This document shows positions 1 to 10,722 of a DNA stretch of 59,758 bases, piece after piece. Made by a program: the position numbers and the translations under genes. The stretch's first letter is position 1. Every line of letters begins with the position of its first letter. The DNA is from Macrostomum lignano (lineage: Eukaryota): contig NIVC01001544.1 in assembly GCA_002269645.1 (NCBI GenBank), forward strand, positions 1 to 59,758. Direction: 5' to 3'. The notes under the pieces were generated by a model. The model did not search any database. It was not told the DNA's origin and saw only the letters and a list, made by a program, of their open reading frames with translations.

Positions 1-1080
1 AAATTTCAAAAAATCACATTAAAATATTTGTTAAATTAATTAAACTAAATGAATTATAAATAAAAATTCCTTTTATAATATTCTTATTTTCTTAACAAGT
101 AATTAATGACTATATTATATATAAATACAAATATACAAATTAAAATGAAAAAAAAATTATATACTTAATGTTAAGGTCATGCCTGTATTAAAATGACATG
201 GTAGGCCTAGGCCTCATAGTGTTAGGCATAGAATAGAATAATAGGCCTAATCAATATGGGTGTATAATGATATACCATAATCAGGAAGGTGGCAGATATG
301 CCAGAATTTTCTGGTATGCCAGATTTTTTGGCATGCTTAAAGCAATTATAAAAATATGGCATAATTGGTGTGCTCAAGGCAAAGCTAAAAATATGGCATG
401 AATGATTGGCATGCATCAAACTTTGAATTTTGAAGTTTAATATTGTAGTTATGGTTGTCATTGTGGTCATGTGGACATGGTTGTATTTATAGTCTAGTAA
501 AAAGCTTAGTTAAAAATATTATTTTTTGTAAAATGTACTGAATGATTTTTGAAACTTTCTTTTCTTAGAATACATTAACATTAGCACAATTCACAGAGAT
601 GAAAAGTGGCGATCAAGCTGATCATCTTGCAGTTGCAGTTGCAGCTTTACAATGTTGCATGGCATTCATTTGGCATGCTAAATGCTCCCTAGTATCACAA
701 AGGTTCATTTAGTCTATTTGAGCACTTTATAATTATAGGCCTAATATGCTAATAAAATGCTCAAGCTAAAGATAGCAGTATGGAGGTAGTCAGCAAAGTA
801 GGGCTGAAAATGTAAGGCCTAGTATATTTGACATATATAGTAAAAAGGGTCATTAAAATTTTGGCGTGCTTGGCGTGAATTGGTAGCTTTGCTCATCTTC
901 GATTCCGGCGTGCCTCTGCACCTTCCTGAGCATGGATGATATGCCATCATGCCATAAGTTTTGATATTGCAATTGTGCCAGAAGTTATAATGATCTATAC
1001 AAGAGCAAGATTAAGAAATAAGCTTGATAGTAGTAGTCATTTATAAACATAAGTTGCCAAAAATCAAGTTAATAAAATAC

Positions 1081-1238
1081 CTGGTGAAAGCGCCTTCTCT
1101 GAGATATAGCATCGATTATTAAACTGCGGATCGCTTAGCATCACCATATAGCCGATTGCACCAACAATCAGCAATATTCCTACGAACGCGATGGTAGGAC
1201 AGGAATACCTTGATTGTGGTTTCTATTTTACCTGTCAT
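1081..1238 (-). CDS. GPAA1: First coding exon of GPI-anchor transamidase subunit GPAA1 (gene continues off the left edge or in unrecognised exons)
   Basis: Manual minus-strand translation gives TIAFVGILLIVGAIGYMVMLSDPQFNNRCYISEKALSPG: a TM helix followed by a match to the Gaa1/GPAA1 R-x-Y-x-S-E-N-A-L motif. It ends at a GT donor (CCAG|GTATTT, 1081/1080). ATG at 1238 (MTGKIETTIKVFLSY) is one base out of frame, so a 1-bp error or a weak acceptor near 1209 is needed. Confidence 0.6.
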
Positions 1239-2505
1239 TTATCAATCAATTAAATATAGCTGTCAAAAGTCGAATTGAGCAATAAAAATTCGAGAATTGT
1301 AACTGTAAATTGTAAAATTCGTAATAGGTTTCTTATAAAACTTTGTTTTAAAAAAACACATATCAAACAATAACAAAACTATGTACATTCACAAATATCA
1401 TATAAACTTAACACTTATTTTTAATGCTCTATGACATAAAGTTATTGCTTTCAAAAGCTTTTTTTAAGAAAAAACTGCTATGTTTTCAAAGTAAGATTTC
1501 TGTTGCTACCGCGTCTTTAAATTTAACTGTAAGAAATATGGCAATATTTCCGGCAACACAACATTGTCCTGTTCAGCAAAGGCGTCATATGCAGCGATTC
1601 TTAATTTCGTTTCGATATTTTATACTATTAGAAATGAAACAGATTTTTAAAAGACAAAAATGTTAAAAATACGTATACTAAATGGAATAGGAGTTTATTG
1701 CTATAGTAAGAAGGTTTTACAGGCATACTAAACTAAACTTACCTCAGCTCACAAGAAAAACTCAGGCTATTTGATTCTATGACTTTGAAATTTAATTTTA
1801 ATTTTTAACTTTTAAAATCTTTTTGAGTTGCATTGCTATTAGAATTTAGCGTATTCGCTTTTAGTTTCAGTTTGACCAGACTTAGTTGCAGGGGTAGATT
1901 TGGTCATTAGGGTAGAGTAGAATAGTTGCAGCAAGACCTGTTCTTAGCTAGCATTTTTCTATAAGTTTTTTCTGCACGAAAATGTTTTTAGAATTGTTAT
2001 ACTTTAAAAACTTGAACTTTAATCTGTTTGTAATTCTTGCAAGTTATATTTGCAGCTTTTTTAGATTTAAAAAAATAATATTCTGTCAAATGTATAGAGT
2101 GGAAATATTTTAAATGCTTCGAATAAGCAACTGAAATGCTAAATTTTTTATACTAAAATTTTATATATTGGCTAATGCATAACGCTGTGTTATTGTTATT
2201 ATGTGTAGAATAACACTAAGTTTTTTACCATATATATTGCTATGCCATGCCATATTTCATTGAAGTACTTGTAACCAAAAGTTTTTGCCAAATTTAATTT
2301 GTGAAAGTATTTGAAGCAGTGGTATAATTTTTTTGGGAACTGTTTATTTTCTATACAATAGCTTTTGGTCAGTAGTTTTCTCATAGACATTAGAATTTAC
2401 TATTTTACAAATAGGTGAGGTAAATGTTATTTTTAAAGCATTAAATGGAAACTGCAAGGCCACACATTCTTTCGATTGAGCTCTTCGAAAAATAAAACGC
2501 CGCAG

Positions 2506-5500
2506 ATTTCCGAGATCGCAGTGAGCGACGCGGACCTTCTGCGCGAGATCTGCTCGTCGAATGGCCTGCCGGAGGACCGGGAAAACTGCAGGCGGAGGCC
2601 GCCGAGACCGCCACCTTGGAGATTTTCTTCGGCGGCTATCCCCGTTTTGCTCACCTCAGCCTGTTCCCCAATCTCCGCGAGCTCATCATTGTGGAGCAGA
2701 GCCTGACCGAGATCAGCACCCTGGACAGCTGCCCCTGCTGGAGGTGCTCTGGTCTCAGACTGCAGGCTGACTCAAATCTCTGGCCTGTCTGCAAATCACC
2801 GACTCAAGAAGCTGTACTTGCATAGCAACTCCATAGCGACGATAAACGGCGGCCTCGACCATCTCGGCGGCTCGCTGGAGGTTCTGTGGCTGGCCAACAA
2901 TCAGCTGCGCGAACTCGCTGGCTTCGAGAAAATGTAACCTGAAGGAGCTCAATTTGGCGCAGAACTTCATCACGGAAGTGGCCGGCTGCCTCACGGAGAA
3001 CGCCAGCCTGGAGAGCTTGAACCTGTCGGGCAACCGCGCTGGCCTCCATTCGCGATGTTGTGTCGCTGGCGGCTCTGCCGTCTTTGCGCCGGTTCTGCCT
3101 TCGCGACCCGCAGTACCGACCCTGCCCAGTCACCCAGCTATCCAACTACTCCATCTTCATCCTGTACCACATGCCCCGGCTGCTCAACCTGGACACGTTC
3201 GACTGCTCAAGCCGGCTGCCGTTTGAGCTGGCGGACAGCACAGTATTGAAGAAACGAATGTACTACGCCATGCGAACCGAGGTTCTTGAGCGGACCAGCG
3301 CTTGTCTCGGCCGGAGGGTGACAATTGGCCTGGCCGAGTACCACAAGGTGGGTTGAGGATGTGGTATCAAGGAAGTGGGATCAAGGATGTGGGATCAGAG
3401 ATCTGGGATCAAGGATGTGGGATCAAGGATCTGGGACCAATGATCTGGGATCAAGGATGTGGGATCAAGGATGTGGGATCAGGGATCTGGAATCAAGGAT
3501 CGGATCACAAACCTGGGATCAAGGATGTGGGATCAAGGATGTGGGATCAAGGATGTGGCATCAAGGATGTGTGATCAAGGATCTGTGATAAAAAATCTGG
3601 GATCAAGGATCTGGGATCACAAATCTAGGATCAAGGATCTGTGATAAAAAATCTGGGATCAAGGATCTGGGATCACAAATCTAGGATCAAGGATCTGGGA
3701 TCACAAATCTGGGATCAAGGATCTGGGATCTAGAATCTGGGACCAATGATCTGGGATCAAGGATCTGGGATCAAGGATCTGGGATCTAAGATCTGGGATC
3801 TAGGATCTGGGATCTAGGATGTGGGATCAAGGATCTGTGATAAAAAATCTGGGATCAAGGATCTGGGATCACAAATATGGGATCAATGATCTGGGATCAC
3901 AAATCTGGGATCAAGGATCTGGGATCACAAATCTGGGATCAAGGATCTGGGATCTAGAATCTGGGACCAATGATCTGGGATCAAGGATCTGGGATCAAGG
4001 ATCTGGGATCAAGGATCTGGGATCAAGGATCTGGGATCAAGGATCTGGGATCAAGGATCTGGGATCAAGGATCTGGGATCAAGGATCTGGGATCAAGGAT
4101 CTGGGATCAAGGATCTGGGATCAAGGATCTGGGATCAAGGATCTGGGATCAAGGATCTGGGATCAAGGATCTGGGATCAAGGATCTGGGATCAAGGATCT
4201 GGGATCAAGGATCTGGGATCACAAATCTGGGATCAAGGATCTGGGATCAAGGATCTGGGATCAAGGATCTGGGATCAAGGATCTGGGATCAAGGATCTGG
4301 GATCAAGGATCTGGGATCAAGGATCTGGGATCAAGGATCTGGGATCAAGGATCTGGGATCAAGGATCTGGGATCAAGGATCTGGGATCAAGGATCTGGGA
4401 TCAAGGATCTGGGATCAAGGATCTGGGATCAAGGATCTGGGATCAAGGATCTGGGATCAAGGATCTGGGATCAAGGATCTGGGATCAAGGATCTGGGATC
4501 AAGGATCTGGGATCAAGGATCTGGGATCAAGGATCTGGGATCAAGGATCTGGGATCAAGGATCTGGGATCAAGGATCTGGGATCAAGGATCTGGGATCAA
4601 GGATCTGGGATCAAGGATCTGGGATCTAGAATCTGGGACCAATGATCTGGGATCAAGGATCTGGGATCAAGGATCTGGGATCAAGGATCTGGGATCAAGG
4701 ATCTGGGATCAAGGATCTGGGATCACAAATCTGGGATCAAGGATCTGGGATCAAGGATCTGGGATCAAGGATCTGGGATCAAGGATCTGGGATCAAGGAT
4801 CTGGGATCAAGGATCTGGGATCAAGGATCTGGGATCAAGGATCTGGGATCAAGGATCTGGGATCTAAGATCTGTGATCTAGGATCTGGGATCTGGGATCT
4901 AGGATCTGGGATTTAGGATCTGGGATCAAGGATCTGGGACCAAGGATCTGGGACCAAGGATCTGGGACCAAGGATCTGGGACCAAGGATCTGGGACCAAG
5001 GATCTGGGACCAAGGATCTGAGATACCTAAATTTAACCGACCATTTCTTCAACAGGCTCGCCTCGTCGAAACTGGAGCAGGAAACTTCAGCCAGCTGGAG
5101 GCCGCCTGGCCAACAACGCGTGGCTTCTTCACCGAGGCATTGAAGAAGATCGAAATGGACAGAGAGCTGGCCTGGAACCTGCTCAACATGGAGTTGGAGA
5201 GCGGCGGCAGCGTTCGCTGCGAGCTGGGCACCGGGCAAGACTGGCACAAACTGGTGGCCGACATTGTCAGCTCGAGGTTCTGCTCGTCACAGCATCGGCA
5301 GAGCGGCGTCACCGCCTGCAAGGTGACAAAGTGCACCGATTGCACCTGCCAGTGCTGGCGGCCAGGTGAGACAGTCAGTCAGTGAGTGAGACAGTCAGTC
5401 AGTCAGTCAGTCAGTCAGTGAGACAGTCAGTCAGTCAGTCAGTCAGTCAGTTAGTCAGTCAGTCAGTCCTTATCAACCACACCGCCATCCAGGTACCAGG

Positions 5501-8500
5501 AGGCGTGTCTGCCGCGTCTGCAAACCCTTGCCCGGAGCACCTACTGCTCTCTGGACATGGTGGCAAAGAAGTACCAGGACTATCTGTTCTACCGTTGGCC
5601 CGAAGGCGACAACGACAGTCTGCTGGACTGCCTAGAGCGCGGCGTCACCAGCCGGCCGGCGGTGCTGTCCAACAGCGTCAACATCGCCGATGGGGCAACG
5701 CTTTGCGACTGCGCAAAGGAAACTGGCGTCGGCCGGTCGCGGCTGCTGCTGGTGAAGGCCTACATCGGCAAGTCGGTGCAGGCGGTCGCATCACTGGAGG
5801 AGGTCGAGACGATCATTGCGGCTGCAAACGGAGGCGAGCAACAGTCGCAGGAGTCAGGCGATGAAGAGCCGAAGCGGAAACTGACCGCCGTGTTCCACAT
5901 GGCCGACTCCACCAGCGAAGGCTACTCGTGCGAATGCCTCGGCCGCCAGTGCACCTGGTACTTTCTAGACAACGCCTGCCTTGTTCCGGAGTTCCTGGTG
6001 GAGCTGGAGTACTCGGGCAGGCGGACCAGCAATCCGTTTCACCAGGTCGTGTGCGGCGGTGGCCCGGCTGCGCCCACGCCTGACCTCGAGCCCGCGCCGC
6101 CAGTGACGGCACCCTACGAGAACCTGGCCGAGCTGCAGATCGAGGCCCTCGGCCTCACCCGGCTCCGAGGCCTCGACTCGCTGCACTCTCTGCGGACGCT
6201 GAACGCCCGTTCAAATCTGCTGACAGGCCTGGAGGACCTGGCCGGACTGCCAGTTGAAGAGATCGACGTGTCCTGGAACCGAATCGTCTCCATCGACGGT
6301 CTCAAGCACGTCGGGAAGCTCAGAAGTCTCCGGCTGGCGTTTAATCGACTCACCTGCCTGAGAAACGAGCTCAGCCACATGCGGAAGCACACGGCAATGC
6401 TGACTGGCCTCAGTCTGGAGGGAAATCCCTGGCATCGGTACAAGGTGGCTTACAGAGTCATCGTCATCAATAAGCTGAAGGAGCTGAAGGTTTGTTTACA
6501 TGGAGTTCTATGCGTCATCAGACTTAAATTTCAGGCATAAAAACATTTATAAAAGGGGACTTGGGTCCACGCAAAAATCTCAGTCAACCCCGTGCCTTAG
6601 TGTTTGCTCGAATGCAATTTGAATATTTTATCTTAGTCATGGTCTCAGCACAGATAGTAAAGAAGACCAGATATGCCTATTATGCAAATTTGCGTTGCCT
6701 TGCTCATATCCTAACACAATATTCTCATTTCACAAATTGTGCAGGTACTGGATGGCCAGCCGGTCACAGAGGAGGAAGTCACAGCCTCAATGCCAGGCCG
6801 GTTCAACCTTCTCAGCTACGCTGCTCACGTGACCGGCACGCCCAAATACATCAGTTTGGAGTCGCCGACCCAATTCTTGCCAGTGCAGCCGCCTGAGCTG
6901 TTCGCCCAGGTGAGCATGCTCAACCTGGACGGACTCAACCTGACTCGAATAACCGGTCTGGAGCGCTGCTTCAACCTGCGCTGGCTGTCAATCAACTACA
7001 ATCACGTGTCCCGCATTGAAGGCCTTGACTCCTGCTCGCAGCTGGAGGAACTGCTGGCAACGCACAATCTGATTGGCACAATGCCTACAGGCACATATCC
7101 GGCCCTGCGCCACCTGAACTTGGCGCATAACTGCATCGAACAGATTGGCACGGGGCTGCTGGCGCCAAACCTGACCAGCCTCAACCTGTTGAACAACCAC
7201 GTGTCCAGCCTGGCCGGCATTGACAAGCACAGCAGCCTGGCCCAGCTCTTCATCGGCCTGAACCGCATCCAGGACACTCGCGAGCTCTTCTACCTCAAAT
7301 CTTTGCAGTCGCTCCTGATTCTCGATCTCGGCGAGAACCCCATCGCGTCCAACTCGCACAACTATCGGACGACTGTCATCTACCACCTGCGATCGCTGTG
7401 CTCACTCGACGGCGTCCCAGTTGAGCAGGACGAGGTTCAGAGCGCCGTTCAACTGCTGGGCGGCAAGCTGACGACTGACCTGCTGATTGAAAAGTTCGGT
7501 CACGACCGATTCTACGATCTCAAAGAGCTGGACATGTCGCGCAGCAACCTGCGGACTATTGAGCTCAACCTCCACGATCGCTTCATCAACCTGCGCAGCG
7601 TCAATCTCGAGTCCAACTCGTTGACGTCGCTCAACGGAATCGCCAGCTTGCCGTCTCTTCGCGTTCTCTGCCTGAACCACAACCACATCGAGTCTCTGGC
7701 CTCGGGCACTGGCAGCCTTCTGCCCACGCTGGAGGTGCTGCACCTCGCCTACAATGGGATCAAGGACGCCGCGTCGTTGCAGCTGCACCGGCTGCCGTCG
7801 CTGCGCACTCTGTTTATGCAGGGCAACGAGCTGCAAACGACGGACGGATTGCAGTCAGCTCAACTGCGGGAGCTCGTGCTGGATCGGAACAAGCTGAGAA
7901 CAATTAACCTGAGCGGGTGTCCCTACGTGCAGGTGAGAGCACACTGTGCGCACCGATCTTGACCGATTATTCTCGCCACTACTGTTGATATTCTTTGAAG
8001 TTACACTGTGTAGAGTTAAAAACGTATTGAAGTTGTCAGTGACAGAGCAGCTCAGACGAAACTTATCCGTCTAAAGTACCTGGGTTCAATTCCGTGAGCA
8101 GTGAAATTACGGTGAATGTGCATTGCCTGACAATGAGAAATTAAGGACCGATGTACACCCTGGATTAGGCATAACCGCTTGTGTTCCTGCTGATTACCGA
8201 TGGAGAACTTTGATGGCTCTCCACACGTAACTCAATTTGGTCGCATTGTAATTTGGAGTGCAACCTTTTATGAAGCCTTAAAATCGGATTTGTTGCTCGT
8301 AAATTTGACCTGTCGTAGCGATGAGGTCAGGACCGTAGTCAACCCTGTGAGAGTTGGTTACAAAATTATTTTGCCAAGGATAACTTCAATCAAAATACTA
8401 CCAAACAGTGCAACTTTACTTCTATCAGGAGTTGCACGTCGAGGAGAACCGACTGAAAGACCTTGGCGGCATACCGGACCACTGCCCCTACCTGCACACT

Positions 8501-9010
8501 CTGTACATCAGCGCCAACAAGCTTGCCGAACTCGCAGAACTGGACCGGCTGCACAGCCTCACCCGGCTGCAGAGCCTCACCCTGCTTGGCAACCCGCTGG
8601 CCAGACGGCTGCTCCACCGGCCCATCTGCGTGCACCGGCTGCGGCACCTGCACAGCCTGGACGGCATTCCTGTGACGCCGGAGGAGCGCGACAAAGCCGA
8701 TATGTACTTTGCCGACCTGCAGCAGATGCAGCAAATGCAGGCGCAGCCGTCGATGTCAGCCGCTCTGATGTCCGATCATCAGCAGCAGCAGCAGATGATG
8801 CAACAACAGCAGCAACAGCAGCAGCAGCAGCAGGGCAGACCTTTGCGACTCACCAACGTCAACATCGGCGGCATGCCGGAGCCGTACACGCTGAACCAGC
8901 TGGTGTCGCAGCGTCAGTCTGGCGGCGGCGGCAGCGGCTACAAGGGCGGCAGCAGCGGTGGCATCGCGCAGACTCCACAGGCGCAGCTGCCGATGTTTCG
9001 AAAAAAATGA
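2506..9010 (+). CDS. LRRC9: Leucine-rich repeat-containing protein 9 (LRR blocks flanking an ADP-ribosyltransferase-like middle domain), about 1300 aa. Exons 2506-3347, 5056-5365, 5493-6489, 6745-7932, 8429-9010
   Basis: Collinear recalled similarity to vertebrate LRRC9 (EICSSNGL, EIFFGGYPR..LSLFPNL, DPQYRPCPV..NYSIFILYH, MELESGG, SRFC, LLLVKAYIG, RQCTWY..LVPEFLVELEY, GGKLTTD, LEVLHLAYNGI, LHVEENRL). All introns are GT-AG with consistent phases once six 1-bp indels are corrected (near 2585, 2735, 2752, 2932, 3037, 5336). The start codon is not in the first exon. Confidence 0.88.
3355..5020 (+). repeat. 14-bp minisatellite (GGATCTGGGATCAA)n, about 118 units, filling LRRC9 intron 1
   Basis: Directly visible. 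It starts a few bases after the donor at 3348 and ends about 35 nt before the acceptor at 5055. It explains the SGIKDLGSRIWDQG ORFs. Confidence 0.97.
5370..5468 (+). repeat. (AGTC)n microsatellite filling LRRC9 intron 2
   Basis: Tetranucleotide array between donor 5366 and acceptor 5492. Confidence 0.95.
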
Positions 9011-9589
9011 CCGACTGCTCTCTCGCAGAAATTATTTTCCTACGAGATTGGTTGACGTGTTTCAAACCGCTTTTTTGTTGACTGTTTCTCTCAGCTTTCT
9101 AATGCATTTCCCGTTCTCTCCTACTTTCAGTAATATGGGAAAGTCTTCAACTTTAGACAGTAAAAAAGAAGCACCTTTAAAGGCGCCAAAAAGTACGGCG
9201 TGTTCTTCAATTTTTCTACACTATAAAATGCTCGCAAAGCCTTCTTTAGCACGTGATCCTAGAGATTAGTATATGGATTTGTATCCCAATTGTTGTAACA
9301 GATTAATTGACATTTTCCGTTTAATCACCAGCTGCTCAAAGTTCAAACATCTTTCACTTGTCTCGTCCATCTCTGTTGTTGTCGAGTTGCGCGTTCCAGT
9401 GCCGTCCCGTGTCAATCCTAGATGCGATTTTGTACTTTTAGTAGTTCTTGCTGTACCTTTTGATGCGATTAGTTTTTTTCACGCCTAATTTCGTTAAGAT
9501 GGAAAGTAATATGCTAATCTGGCCATTTTTATGGGTGTCGTTTATAAAGTGGGTGCACTGGTTCATTTTCCCTAAATTATACGTCTTAC

Positions 9590-10218
9590 TGTCACTCTGT
9601 GTCTGAGGCACTCTTCACTTTGTCTCTGCGTCACTCTCCTCTCTGTCTGTGTCAGTCTCCTCTCTGTCTGTGTCAGTCTCCTCTCTGTGTCACTCTCCTC
9701 TCTGTGTCACTCTCCTCTCTGTGTCACTCTCCTCTCTGTGTCACTCTTCTCTCTGTGTCACTCTCCTCTCTGTCTGTGTCACTCTCCTCTCTGTCTGTGT
9801 CACTCTCCTCTCTGTCTGTGTCACTCTCCTCTCTGTGTCTGTGTCACTCTTCTCTTTGTCTCTGTGTCACTCTCCTCTCTGTGTCTGTGTCACTCTCCTC
9901 TCTGTGTCTGTGTCACTATCCTCTCTGTGTCTGTCTCACTCTCCTCTCTGTCACTGTGTCACTCTCTATTTGCCTGTGTCACTCTCGTCTTTGATTTTGT
10001 TTCACTCTCCTCTTTGCTTCTGTGTCACTCTCCTCTCTGTGTCACTCTCCTCTCTGTGTCACTCTCCTCTGTGTGTCACTCTCCTCTGTGTGTCACTCTC
10101 CTCTGTGTGTCACTCTCCTCTGTGTGTCACTCTCCTCTCTGTTTCACTCTTCTCTCTGTGTCACTCTCCTCTGTGTCACTCTCCTCTCTATCTGAGTCAC
10201 TCTCTACTATGTCACTCT
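9590..10218 (+). repeat. About 17-bp pyrimidine-rich minisatellite (TCACTCTCCTCTCTGTG)n downstream of LRRC9
   Basis: Directly visible. It explains the SLSSLCHSPLCV ORFs. Confidence 0.93.
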
Positions 10219-10722
10219 ACCATCAGGAGTCCAAGATTACATGGCAGACACATTAAAATTGACCAGATCAGCAGTCAACTTTATCTCAGCTTTATTTTAT
10301 CCCACTGTCCGTCCAGTTATGAATTGCCTAAAAATTTGCTTCTGAAGCAGAAAACACGAAACTCGAGTCGGCCTTTTACCCTGGCGCTTATTTTCGAGCT
10401 CTGCCCTACCTATTCCTTGCTATTTTTATAAATAATATATCAACTTTGCCTGTAGCTTAAAAGTACATCACAGAGGAACTTTTTCTGCAGACCATTGTCT
10501 CACTCACCTGTGCACACGCTGCTTGTTGATAAAAAACACATTTTTTGGATAAAGCATAAAAAAATTATTGTTAAGATGTGTATTCTTTCAAACAATATTT
10601 TTTGGCCTTGATCATTTGGTAGATAGAGAAAGTTTACACTGAATAAACTTTACAAAACAATCTTAAACAAAATAATTGCAGTCAACGGTGGCGGCGCACC
10701 GAACCCCCCACACCGGGTCGCA

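Noticed and set aside
1191-1199. ATG|GTAGGA as a Met-only first exon for LRRC9
   Set aside because: Weak donor, and it lies within the antisense GPAA1 coding exon.
3302-4916. Long ORFs of SGIKDLGSRIWDQG repeats (up to 365 aa)
   Set aside because: They are translations of a stop-free 14-bp intronic minisatellite between valid LRRC9 splice sites.
8030-8280. Possible snoRNA or SINE in LRRC9 intron 4 (GGGTTCAATTCC)
   Set aside because: Only a B-box-like motif; no convincing C/D or H/ACA boxes and no second copy.
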